Positions 17,654 to 26,854 of a DNA stretch of 64,000 nucleotides are shown here, piece by piece. Every line of letters starts with the position of its first letter. Within the stretch, counting starts at the first letter, position 1. Where the stretch lies: positions 5,844-69,843 of the forward strand of contig JAZDHZ010000043.1 in assembly GCA_043805415.1 (NCBI GenBank), in the 5' to 3' direction. Both the position numbers and the translations under genes were made by a program. The notes beneath the pieces are model-generated. The model was given only the letters and a program-made list of their open reading frames with translations. It ran no database searches and was not told where the DNA came from. This DNA comes from Candidatus Omnitrophota bacterium. Its GTDB lineage: Bacteria; Omnitrophota; Gorgyraeia; B26-G9.

Positions 17654-18039
17654 TGAGTAAGTTATTGTTTGTTTTTGCTGGCGGGGGAATCGGCACTTTG
17701 TGCCGCTATGGATTGTCTCTGACTGCGGATAAAATATTTAAATCTGATTTTCCTTTGGGAACACTGATTGTGAATCTAATCGGTTCTTTTTTAATCGGCT
17801 TTTTTTGGGGAATTATGCAAACCAAATCAATTAATTCTAATGAAAAAGCTTTTCTGTTTATTGGTTTTCTCGGCGGTTTTACGACTTTTTCCACTTTTAT
17901 GCTGGAAAACCTGACATTTATTCAAAATAAAGCCAACCTCCATGTTATTGGTAATATCCTGGGTTGCAATATTTTGGGTATACTTCTCGTGCTTCTTGGC
18001 TTTTACCTTTCCCATACTTTAATTATGCAAAGAGTTTGA
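17653..18039 (+). CDS. crcB: fluoride ion channel CrcB/FluC
   Basis: GGGIGTLCRYGLS and GFLGGFTTFSTF signatures of CrcB; 4 TM helices; ATG at 17653 preferred over GTG 17641 because of aggag spacing. Confidence 0.8.
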   Translation: MSKLLFVFAGGGIGTLCRYGLSLTADKIFKSDFPLGTLIVNLIGSFLIGFFWGIMQTKSINSNEKAFLFIGFLGGFTTFSTFMLENLTFIQNKANLHVIGNILGCNILGILLVLLGFYLSHTLIMQRV

Positions 18040-18189
18040 GCCGCATAATCATACCAGTTTTTACTTAGGCAGCTAAAAAATTTTGTTTATAAGTCACTTC
18101 ACTTTATGCTATAAATATGATAAACTAATACATTAAGATGAATGTGAATTTTTCTTATTTCGCAGTTTAAAGGAGAGAAAGGAGCTGTT

Positions 18190-18843
18190 ATGGCAAAAAA
18201 CGGATTTTCCGCGGGAGAAGCCTTGCAATTCGGTTGGCAAGCAACTAAAAACAAGTTTTGGTTCTTTAGTGCCATGTTTCTGGTAATTTTTATATTTGCC
18301 TTGGTGCTCAGCGTGGCAATGAATGCTTTAAAGAGCAGCAGCGCCGCGGGATATATGCTGATTAGTCTGTTTACCACGATTTTTAATATCTTTGTAAGTA
18401 TTGGGATCATCACCATTACTTTGGCTGTATGTGATGATAAACCGATTGATGTTTTTGACTTTTTTTCTAATACGCATTTGATTTTAAAGTATTTTGCCGC
18501 ATCGATTATTTACGGAATTATTGTTTTTTTGGGTTGTATATTTTTTATAATTCCCGGGATTATTTTAGCTATCCGCCTGCAGTTTTTTACTTATCTGCTT
18601 GTTGATCAGCAACTCGGACCGATTCAAGCTTTAAAGAAAAGCGCGGAGCTAACCAAAAGCTGTACTTTTTCTTTGTTCTCATTCGGGATTCTGATTATGC
18701 TGATAAATTTTTTTGGAGTTCTTTGTTTCGGCTTTGGCCTATTTGTTTCAATGCCCACAACTTTAATTGCCCTGGCTTATGTATATAAAAAATTATTAGC
18801 GCAAAATGAGAATATTGAGAAGGTAACCTCTGCGGCAAATTAA
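18190..18843 (+). CDS. polytopic membrane protein (DUF975-like)
   Basis: Multiple TM helices; N-terminal FSAGEALQFGWQ resembles DUF975-family starts. Confidence 0.4.
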   Translation: MAKNGFSAGEALQFGWQATKNKFWFFSAMFLVIFIFALVLSVAMNALKSSSAAGYMLISLFTTIFNIFVSIGIITITLAVCDDKPIDVFDFFSNTHLILKYFAASIIYGIIVFLGCIFFIIPGIILAIRLQFFTYLLVDQQLGPIQALKKSAELTKSCTFSLFSFGILIMLINFFGVLCFGFGLFVSMPTTLIALAYVYKKLLAQNENIEKVTSAAN

Positions 18844-18854
18844 AGGTATTTTTT

Positions 18855-19436
18855 ATGTATATTAAAGAGAAAATTGTTTTTGGCATGCTTTGCGCGATAA
18901 TTGGCGGTACGGTTATGATCACCAGTCTAGTGTTTGGGGTAATCCAAACGGCACATAGCAGGTATGATGATCTGTATACTTTTAGCATAAAATTAAGCGG
19001 GCAAAAAAAAGATACTGCTTGCGGTAATTTTGTTGCCAGAAAAAAAGAGCACCTTTCTTTTTGGCTGAAAGTGCCGGATCGGCGAATTGAAAACAGAGAC
19101 TTTCAATTAAGCGTTAATGTCACTGATTTTAATAAAGCGATTGATACAACCTGGAAAAATGATTTTAAATTAGGCTTTTGGCGAAACAGCTCAGAGCAAG
19201 GCCAATATTATCATCTAGGAACTTATGAGTTTAAAAATAATTTCAATGGCTCGATTTGTTATAAAACCAGCGGAAAATGGATAGCGCCTTATAACGGAGC
19301 ACTGATTATCCGCCGGGTAAAGCCGTTTAAAATCTCTTTTCCCGCTTTGGGTTTTTTTAGCGCGGGATTGCTCTTGTTCAGCTTGGTATTAAAAATGTTT
19401 TTAGAAAATAAAAAATATATATCAAATAATCCTTAA
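18855..19436 (+). CDS. hypothetical membrane-anchored protein
   Basis: N- and C-terminal hydrophobic helices; no family recognised. Confidence 0.35.
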   Translation: MYIKEKIVFGMLCAIIGGTVMITSLVFGVIQTAHSRYDDLYTFSIKLSGQKKDTACGNFVARKKEHLSFWLKVPDRRIENRDFQLSVNVTDFNKAIDTTWKNDFKLGFWRNSSEQGQYYHLGTYEFKNNFNGSICYKTSGKWIAPYNGALIIRRVKPFKISFPALGFFSAGLLLFSLVLKMFLENKKYISNNP

Positions 19437-19446
19437 TAAAAAAGCA

Positions 19447-19950
19447 ATGAAACTTTTTGACGAAAAATTTAAAGAAAATAAACTCGGATTTTTACTTCAG
19501 AGTTTATTGGCCACAGCGGTTGTGTTTATTATCCTGCTGGTTCTTGATCCGATTTCCAATTCCGCGGTTATCGCTACTTTAGGCTCAAGCTCTTTTATCG
19601 CTTTTACCATGCCGCATTTAAAAGAATCGCAGCCGCGTTGTCTTGTCGGCGGATATCTAATCGGGATTGTAGTGGGAGCAAGCTGCTATTTCTTATCAAC
19701 TTTGCCGTTTGTCGATAATATTCCTTTTTTACTAAGATATTCAACTGTTATTTTTTGTTCAATCGGCGTGGGAGTGGCGATCTTTTTAATGGTAATCACC
19801 AATACGGAACATCCTCCGGCAGCAGGCATGGCTTTGGGATTATTCATGAATCGTGCTGATCTAAGAACAATTATTGTTGTTATGATCGGCGTTTCAAGTC
19901 TGGTGATTATAAAAACCCTGCTGCGTCCTTATCTAAAAGACTTGGTTTGA
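19447..19950 (+). CDS. HPP family integral membrane protein
   Basis: Conserved HPP motif (NTEHPPAAGMALG) within 4-TM protein. Confidence 0.6.
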   Translation: MKLFDEKFKENKLGFLLQSLLATAVVFIILLVLDPISNSAVIATLGSSSFIAFTMPHLKESQPRCLVGGYLIGIVVGASCYFLSTLPFVDNIPFLLRYSTVIFCSIGVGVAIFLMVITNTEHPPAAGMALGLFMNRADLRTIIVVMIGVSSLVIIKTLLRPYLKDLV

Positions 19951-21512
19951 TTAATAGTAATATAATAAAAGCAAAGACTCTTATGATTTTAAACTTTTAT
20001 TTTTTATCTCAAAAGCCAATCCGACTGCTGCTTACCCTGTCTTATTTGCTGTTTTTTTGCGGATTTTGTTTAATCCTCTGTCCCGGCTGCTTAGCGCAAA
20101 ATAAACTCGAGATCAAGCTGCCGAATGTGCAGGGTGTTTTTTATCCAGCGGATAAAGCCGAACTTGGCCAAATGATTGACGGATTTCTGAATTCGGCTAG
20201 CGATAATAAAATCAAGGCGCATATTTATGGGCTGATTAGTCCGCATGCCGGCTATGTATATTCCGGGCCAGTGGCAGCGCAAAATTATCAAGCAATAAAA
20301 AATAGCGGTTATAAAACCATTATAATTCTGGCGGCATCGCATTATTTTACACTTGCTTCAGCGGCAGTTTATTCCCAGGGTGTTTTTCAAACTCCTTTAG
20401 GCGCTGTGCCGATTGATCAGGATTTTGCTCAGGGTTTAATCAAAAATTATAAAAACTTATTCGCGCGTAATCCTGATGTTTTTGAAAAAGAACATGCCAT
20501 TGAAGTCCAGATCCCTTTTTTGCAGCAAACCCTTAAGGATTTTAAAATAGTGCCGATTATTATTCCCCAGACTTCCTATGGATTAACCCGATCTTTAGCT
20601 CAGGCATTGACCCAGGCCATTGGCAAGAGAGAGGATGTGTTGATTATTGCCAGTTCGGATATGTCGCATTATCATCAGCAGGAAACCGCGTATAAAATGG
20701 ATCAGCAGACATTGGCGCTGATCTTAAACTCCCAGCCTGAACAGCTGTTTAATTGTGTTAGCCTGGGTAAAAATGAACTTTGCGGTTCTGCGGCTGTGGT
20801 GACTTTGCTCCAAGTAATGAAAAATTTACAAGCGGATAATATTCAACTGCTCAAATACGCGACATCAGCAGATTCCGCCTATGTCGAAAATCCGGATAAA
20901 AACCGCGTGGTTGGTTACGCGAGTATTATATTTACGAAAAAACCCGATTCAAACCAAGGGAGTAAAATTATGCTAAATAGCAGTCAAAAAAAAGAATTAC
21001 TGACCGTGGCCCGGAAATCGATTGTGAATATGGTAAAACATAAGCAAAAAAATATAGTTTTATCTGAGGATCAAGTATTGCTTGAACACAGAGGAGCATT
21101 TGTGACAATCTATAAAAATAAATCTCTGCGCGGCTGTATCGGACTGATTGAATCAGATCAGCCTTTAATCAATGTCGTTAATGCTATGGCTATCCAGGCA
21201 GCAACCCGAGATCCGCGCTTTGTTCCGATCAGCATAGACGAGCTGGATAAAATATCGCTGGAAATATCAGTAATGAGCCCGATTCAGCAAATAACCGATA
21301 TAAATCAGATTGAAGTCGGCAAACATGGACTGATTATTCGCCAGGGGTTTAATTCCGGATTATTATTGCCGCAGGTGGCTACAGAGTATAATTGGGATAG
21401 AGAACAGTTTTTAGCGCAGACCTGCAATAAAGCTGGGCTGAATCCAGATGCTTGGAAACAGGGAGCAAAAATATTTATTTTCTCAGCGGAAGTTTTTAAT
21501 GAACAGGAATAA
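19947..21512 (+). CDS. fusion of Memo-like (AmmeMemoRadiSam system protein B) and AMMECR1 domains, with hydrophobic N-terminal segment
   Basis: GLISPHAGYVYSGPVAA and SSDMSHYH motifs (Memo family); C-terminal RGAFVTIYKNKSLRGCIG (AMMECR1 conserved RGCIG); start overlaps upstream stop (ATGA). Confidence 0.7.
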   Translation: MINSNIIKAKTLMILNFYFLSQKPIRLLLTLSYLLFFCGFCLILCPGCLAQNKLEIKLPNVQGVFYPADKAELGQMIDGFLNSASDNKIKAHIYGLISPHAGYVYSGPVAAQNYQAIKNSGYKTIIILAASHYFTLASAAVYSQGVFQTPLGAVPIDQDFAQGLIKNYKNLFARNPDVFEKEHAIEVQIPFLQQTLKDFKIVPIIIPQTSYGLTRSLAQALTQAIGKREDVLIIASSDMSHYHQQETAYKMDQQTLALILNSQPEQLFNCVSLGKNELCGSAAVVTLLQVMKNLQADNIQLLKYATSADSAYVENPDKNRVVGYASIIFTKKPDSNQGSKIMLNSSQKKELLTVARKSIVNMVKHKQKNIVLSEDQVLLEHRGAFVTIYKNKSLRGCIGLIESDQPLINVVNAMAIQAATRDPRFVPISIDELDKISLEISVMSPIQQITDINQIEVGKHGLIIRQGFNSGLLLPQVATEYNWDREQFLAQTCNKAGLNPDAWKQGAKIFIFSAEVFNEQE

Positions 21513-21536
21513 GCCTAAGGTTGAGTAATAAATTGT

Positions 21537-22607
21537 TTAACCAACTAATTTCTTTTTAAGATTTTCCGGGTCACGCGTAACTTGCATTGCTTCATCAGTG
21601 CCAATAAGCTTACGTTTGAGCAGCTCCTGCAATGCCTGGTCAAGGGTTTGCATGCCTTGTTCCCGGCAGGTTTCAATAACCGAATAGATTTGATAAGTTT
21701 TGCCTTCGCGGATTAAATTTCTGATCGCTGAATTAACCACCATAATTTCCACAACCGGCACCCGTCCTTGTTCATCAGAGGTGATCACCAGTTGCTGGGA
21801 AACAACTGCTTGTAGAGTAATTGAAATCTGAGTGCGGATTTGCTGTTGTTGATGGGGCGGAAACACGTCAATTATTCGATCTATGGTTTGCACCGCGTCA
21901 GTAGTGTGCAAGGTAGCAAGCACCAGATGCCCTGTTTCCGCGGCAGTAATCGCGATGCTGATTGTTTCCAGATCACGCATTTCACCGACTAGGATTACAT
22001 CCGGGTCCTGGCGTAAAGTTTCCCGCAGGGCAAAAGCAAAAGAAGAAGTGTCTTGACCGATTTCCCGCTGGGAAACAAGCGATTTTTTATGTGAATGAAA
22101 ATATTCAATCGGATCTTCAAGCGTAATAATGTGACAACTGCGTTCGGCATTGATTAAATCAACAATCGCCGCTAAGGTAGTTGATTTTCCTGATCCAGTT
22201 GCTCCGGTGACCAAAATAAGTCCCCGTCGTCTGCGGGCAATATCTTTTAAAATCGGAGGCAATCCTAAATCAGAGAAACTTAAAATCTGGTTGGGAATAA
22301 ATCTTAAGGCCAAAGCTATGCTGCTGCGCTGGATATAAAGATTTATCCGAAAGCGGCAGAAAAGGTCACGTTTTTCATTTAAATAAGAATATGAAAAATC
22401 CAGTTCATGCTCTTTTTCAAATTTTTCCCTGCGGCTATCATTTAAAATTTCATAAGTTAAGCGTTTGACTTCATCCGGAGTAAGTTTTTCTTTATCAGTA
22501 AAAAACAATTCACCATTAATCCGTATGGCCGGAGGCGCGCCGGCTACTAAATGTAAATCTGAAGCATGTTTTTCAGTAACTTCATCAATCAGGTCAAAAA
22601 TTGTCAT
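21537..22607 (-). CDS. pilT: type IV pilus retraction ATPase PilT
   Basis: Walker A GATGSGKSTTLAA, Asp box, His box, and PilT-specific AIRNLIREGKTYQI motif; 356 aa. Confidence 0.85.
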   Translation of the reverse strand: MTIFDLIDEVTEKHASDLHLVAGAPPAIRINGELFFTDKEKLTPDEVKRLTYEILNDSRREKFEKEHELDFSYSYLNEKRDLFCRFRINLYIQRSSIALALRFIPNQILSFSDLGLPPILKDIARRRRGLILVTGATGSGKSTTLAAIVDLINAERSCHIITLEDPIEYFHSHKKSLVSQREIGQDTSSFAFALRETLRQDPDVILVGEMRDLETISIAITAAETGHLVLATLHTTDAVQTIDRIIDVFPPHQQQQIRTQISITLQAVVSQQLVITSDEQGRVPVVEIMVVNSAIRNLIREGKTYQIYSVIETCREQGMQTLDQALQELLKRKLIGTDEAMQVTRDPENLKKKLVG

Positions 22608-22618
22608 GGATTGTCTCC

Positions 22619-24208
22619 TTAGAAAAATATAATATCGCTTATCAATACCTTTGTCAAGAAATCGGGAAATTCTAACATTACTATTTTTAATAATTTACCT
22701 ACAGCTTCTTCGGGAATATTTATTACACAAGTATGCCAGCACTCATCAGGTTCCAACGGATATTTTGAATTAGTTTTCACAAAGCTTGTTGGTTTGTCTT
22801 TTTCCGGAAGAGTAAATAGTTTTAAACTAAGTTCAGTGCTTGAGTCTTGGCTGGTTTTTGGATCAAATTCAATTTTGAATCTTAAAAGCAGTCTATGCGG
22901 CAGCTCAAAAGGAGAGACTTTTTTACTGACAATATTAAAATCAGAGATGTAAAACCGATTAGACCCAGAGCTGGCAAGCTTTGTCAGAATCATTCCCGGG
23001 TCTTGAAAAACCACACTAGCTGAAGAAGTCCAGTAACTTTCTTGTCCGCTGGTAAAATTTGCCCGGTATTTTATCATTTTATTTTCCAGAGGAATCATTT
23101 CCTCCCCAAGATCAACAAAACCCAGACTGTCAAGTTCCTCAGGAGAGGGAATATCGCTGCGAATAAGTTTATTCTGTAATTGCTCGGGCTTGACTGATTT
23201 AGTAACCACTTCTAAATCAGATATTATATTTTTTTGATACAGTCTTTGCAGCGCCTGATCCAGGGTCTGCATGCCATCAGCACTGCCGCTTTCAATCGCG
23301 GAGTAAATCTGGTGATATTTTTTTTCCCGAATCATATTTTGAATCCCTTGGGTAGAAAACATGATCTCCAAGGCCGGAACCCGGCCATTGCCGTCATGGC
23401 GCATAACCAATTGCTGACAGATGATTGCTTGTAAAACAACTGATAGTTGTGTTCTGATCTGGTGCTGGGTATTTGACGGAAATGCGCCGATTAAGCGCGT
23501 AATCGTTTGAATGGAGTCAGTGGTTGCCATTGTGCCAAAAACAAGAATACCGGTTTCTGCTGCCTGCAGAGCAATATTAATGGTTTCAATATCGCGCATT
23601 TCGCCAATCATGATAATATCCGCGTCTTGGCGAATTGCTTCTCTTAAGGCGCAAGGGAAGCTGATTGAGTCAGTACCGATCTCTCTTTGGGAAAAAAGCG
23701 CTTTATTCGGCTTAAAAAAATACTCAATCGGATTCTCTAAAGTAATGATATGGCAGCCGCGTTTTTGATTTAAAACATCAAGAATAGCAGCCAGGGTGCT
23801 GGTTTTTCCTGATCCGGACGGGCCGCCGATAATAACCAGGCCTTTTTTTAATTGTGTGATTTTATCAATGTTTTCCGGTAAATTAAGTTCTTTGATTGTC
23901 GGCGTATGTTCAGAAAGCGTGTGAAACACACCATTGGTTAAGCCTTTTTGTTTGTAAAAAGTTACCCGAATCCTGCCAATTGATTCCAGAATATAGGTAA
24001 AATTCACGGAATTATCCAGCTTAAATGTTTTGGCTTGCGTCTCGCTCATCAGCGAAACAGCTAGGGTGTCGATTTGCTCACAATCTAGTTTTGTTGAACT
24101 TTCAGGAATTAACCGTCCGTTAATATTAAATAAAGCAGGCAGGCCGGCACTCAGATGCATGCTGGTGGCTTTTTTTTCCTGCATTGTTTTAACTAATTGT
24201 TTGAGCAT
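22619..24208 (-). CDS. PilT-family ATPase paralog with about 185-aa C-terminal extension of unknown function
   Basis: Core GGPSGSGKTSTLAA Walker A and GIQNMIREKKYHQI motif; extra C-terminal region (aa ~345-529) has no recognisable motifs. Confidence 0.75.
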   Translation of the reverse strand: MLKQLVKTMQEKKATSMHLSAGLPALFNINGRLIPESSTKLDCEQIDTLAVSLMSETQAKTFKLDNSVNFTYILESIGRIRVTFYKQKGLTNGVFHTLSEHTPTIKELNLPENIDKITQLKKGLVIIGGPSGSGKTSTLAAILDVLNQKRGCHIITLENPIEYFFKPNKALFSQREIGTDSISFPCALREAIRQDADIIMIGEMRDIETINIALQAAETGILVFGTMATTDSIQTITRLIGAFPSNTQHQIRTQLSVVLQAIICQQLVMRHDGNGRVPALEIMFSTQGIQNMIREKKYHQIYSAIESGSADGMQTLDQALQRLYQKNIISDLEVVTKSVKPEQLQNKLIRSDIPSPEELDSLGFVDLGEEMIPLENKMIKYRANFTSGQESYWTSSASVVFQDPGMILTKLASSGSNRFYISDFNIVSKKVSPFELPHRLLLRFKIEFDPKTSQDSSTELSLKLFTLPEKDKPTSFVKTNSKYPLEPDECWHTCVINIPEEAVGKLLKIVMLEFPDFLTKVLISDIIFF

Positions 24209-24257
24209 AATATTAATTATTACTTATTTAATTGCCTGTTTACTTATAGTAAAAGGT

Positions 24258-26264
24258 TTAATAATTTTCCTGCCAATTAATAAACGAAATTCCGGCAATA
24301 AAATCCGGAGGAGGATCCGGCACCATTTTTGGCACATAGCGCATATCAAGCTCTTTTCTAAGAAAAATATCATTGGCAACAATGCAGCCTTCAAGCTTGA
24401 AAGTTTCCAGATCAACAATCCCGTTTTCGGAAAATATTATTCCGTCAAAATCCCGATCCCGCGGATCTTCCACACCGGTTTCAGTAATATTGCCATCCTT
24501 GGTAATTAAAGTAGGATATTGCGGCCGCCATCTTCTAAAATAAACTCTGCCGCCGGCAGGAGTTATGACTTCTCCGGCGCGCAAGACCATGGTCTGATAG
24601 CTTTGCGCGCCGGCAAAAAAAGTAATATTAAATATCGAATTATCCATGTCGCGATTGCCCATTCCCCAAGTGAAGTTACGGAAATTATTAATCTGCATAT
24701 CAGCATATTGACCAGGAGCTATAGTGATTGTCGGACTAAAGGAAACAATTTGTCCGTCAGAAGCCCGGCCCGATGGCGGCGGATAACTCCAGTTGGTGGT
24801 AAATCCAGCTTGTCCCTGAACCTGGCTTCTCACTTCTTCATAAGCTCCGAGAAATGAAACCAGGGAAGCCCAGGACGCGGACATCGCGGTTATGGTAATC
24901 GGAGCAGTTGTATTGTTCTTGATTTGAAATTCCACATCACTGTTGGTATTAGCTTGTCTGGTAAGTTCAATATAATCCAGGCCAGAGGGGCGATATTCAT
25001 TGATAATATCGATTCCGCCAACAGCGGTAATCATGCATTGGGGAAAATTAAGATTTTTATAATAAGTATTAATTGTCGCTTTACCAGTTATATAATAACT
25101 TTCCCATAAATAATAAGCAGTGCTGGAAAAATCAAAATCAACAAACTTATCATAGCCATTAAATACAAAGTCGCCGTCAACAAATTTAGTTGCCCGGTTC
25201 CGGTAGGCCAGCATATCAACTGAAGGCATACTGACCAAAGGATCTCCCAAAGAACCCTGAGTAATATCACCGTCAATTTCTAAAGCATCAGCCGCGGGAC
25301 TGGAAGCAAGTCCCACGCTTACTGGATAAAAAGTTGATCCATCAGAAAAAGTCACATTAAAAGTAGTATTATCCATATCGCGGCGCGGATTAGAATTACC
25401 GCTAAGTCTACTGCTAAAAGTTTCTAAACGAATCTCAGCAGTAGCCATATTGGCAATAAACACTGGTTCAGTAAAGTTAACAGTTTCTCCGCTGGCAGCC
25501 CGGTTGCCGCCATTATCATAGAGGTCCCAGACACTTCCATAGTTTGTTCCACTGTACACTCTAACCCGGACTTCACTATAATAAGCAGTTGGGCTAGTCC
25601 AGGTGGCAGTTAATTGAGTAAGATTTAATGTTGCTCCGGTTTCATTAGTAACTTCAAAATTTACATTTGAATTAGAGTTCTGATCTCTGGACCCATCAAC
25701 ATAATACAACCCTGATTTAACCCCTATTCCCAATACTGAATTATTGGCGTGAATATCACCTTCTAAACTGCCTGTAGCAGTATCCGCAAAAGTAATATTA
25801 GTATTAGACATTAAGAGAAATTTCCAGGCGCATAAATAAACAATTGCCTCAGTGGTCCGCTGGGCATTGCCGACATAACCAGTGGAAATAATCCGGACAA
25901 AATCCTCACCAATATCTACTGCCTCAGCAACTGTAACAATGTAATAACCATCAGTCATGTTTTCCTGATATGACCAAGGCATGGTATCAACGTTGGGAGT
26001 TTCGACGATTAAGCGCATTGCCCGGTCAATTCCGGCTTCAGCCACAAAAAAAGCTTTTTCTCCGTTTTCCTGATTGCGGGCAATGCCGCTTTCACTAAGC
26101 ATAGTAGACAGGTAAGTGGTACTAAGCATAAATAGCACTACCATGACAATCAAGGCAAGGAGCAAAGCAATGCCTTTGTCTTGTCTTTTTTTAGATTTAA
26201 TGATTATATTTTTATTTACATTTTGATCTAACATCTTGTCCTTATTAATTAAAATCCTACTCAA
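24258..26264 (-). CDS. large pilus-associated protein with PilX-like N-terminal segment and internal tandem duplication
   Basis: N-terminal KGIALLLALIVMVVLFMLSTTYLSTMLSESGIA resembles PilX_N; two homologous segments (…RRDMDNTTFNVTFSDGSTFYP… vs …NRDMDNSIFNITFFAGAQSYQ…); sits downstream of pseudopilins. Confidence 0.45.
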   Translation of the reverse strand: MSRILINKDKMLDQNVNKNIIIKSKKRQDKGIALLLALIVMVVLFMLSTTYLSTMLSESGIARNQENGEKAFFVAEAGIDRAMRLIVETPNVDTMPWSYQENMTDGYYIVTVAEAVDIGEDFVRIISTGYVGNAQRTTEAIVYLCAWKFLLMSNTNITFADTATGSLEGDIHANNSVLGIGVKSGLYYVDGSRDQNSNSNVNFEVTNETGATLNLTQLTATWTSPTAYYSEVRVRVYSGTNYGSVWDLYDNGGNRAASGETVNFTEPVFIANMATAEIRLETFSSRLSGNSNPRRDMDNTTFNVTFSDGSTFYPVSVGLASSPAADALEIDGDITQGSLGDPLVSMPSVDMLAYRNRATKFVDGDFVFNGYDKFVDFDFSSTAYYLWESYYITGKATINTYYKNLNFPQCMITAVGGIDIINEYRPSGLDYIELTRQANTNSDVEFQIKNNTTAPITITAMSASWASLVSFLGAYEEVRSQVQGQAGFTTNWSYPPPSGRASDGQIVSFSPTITIAPGQYADMQINNFRNFTWGMGNRDMDNSIFNITFFAGAQSYQTMVLRAGEVITPAGGRVYFRRWRPQYPTLITKDGNITETGVEDPRDRDFDGIIFSENGIVDLETFKLEGCIVANDIFLRKELDMRYVPKMVPDPPPDFIAGISFINWQENY

Positions 26265-26273
26265 ATAAACTTA

Positions 26274-26843
26274 TCACATGTTTCTTAGATGAACTGCTTT
26301 GCGCATAGTTGATGTATAATCAGATGCTTTACCGATTTTTTTAATCCGCAGAGTCGCGGTAATAAAAAAAACATTGCCTGGGCTTGTGGTTTCACCGGAA
26401 TGTTTATCATAGTATTTCAGATCCAATAAATCCACATAATTAGCCAAAGGCATACCCGCTGATTCTGAATCAAATTTTCTTAATAAATCCGCGCCAAAGA
26501 TTCCGCTCCAAGTATAGGAGAGGATTTCATTGCTGTCCGCGATTTTATTCTCATTTGTGTCTTGGTACCAAAAACGGATCTGATTAGCTGTTATTGTATA
26601 AAATTCACGGCCATGCTTAATTTCATCACACATTTTATCCAATCCGATCCTGGCGTTTTGAATAACCTCGGTTTTATTTTCTCCGGTTTCCCAAGACAAA
26701 GCGCCTTGACGTAAAAACTCATATATCGGATAAAGCACTAGGGCAAGAATTGCCACAGTGCAGATAAGCTCAACCAAGCTCATGCCTGATTTGTTTAAAT
26801 TTAATTTTGCTGTATTTAATTTTAAGGTATTAAGATTATCCAT
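26274..26843 (-). CDS. prepilin-type N-terminal cleavage/methylation domain protein (minor pilin/pseudopilin)
   Basis: KSGMSLVELICTVAILALV resembles class III signal GFTLIEL + hydrophobic helix. Confidence 0.55.
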   Translation of the reverse strand: MDNLNTLKLNTAKLNLNKSGMSLVELICTVAILALVLYPIYEFLRQGALSWETGENKTEVIQNARIGLDKMCDEIKHGREFYTITANQIRFWYQDTNENKIADSNEILSYTWSGIFGADLLRKFDSESAGMPLANYVDLLDLKYYDKHSGETTSPGNVFFITATLRIKKIGKASDYTSTMRKAVHLRNM

Positions 26844-26854
26844 ACTTAGCTGGT

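Noticed and set aside
17380-17655. Expected fluoride (crcB-motif) riboswitch upstream of crcB
   Set aside because: I searched by eye for the conserved GGnGAUG / AAnCGCC / CUGAUGnnCCUAC elements and none is present. I report the promoter and uORF arrangement instead. A covariance-model scan would be the definitive check.
22150-25276. Plus-strand ORFs within the minus-strand pilT/pilT-like/PilX-like genes (22150-22338, 23234-23434, 23511-23768, 24030-24509, 24519-24857, 24924-25109) and the minus-strand ORFs 24224-24418 and 25088-25276
   Set aside because: They are antisense to, or out of frame inside, strongly supported ATPase and pilus genes. They are spurious.
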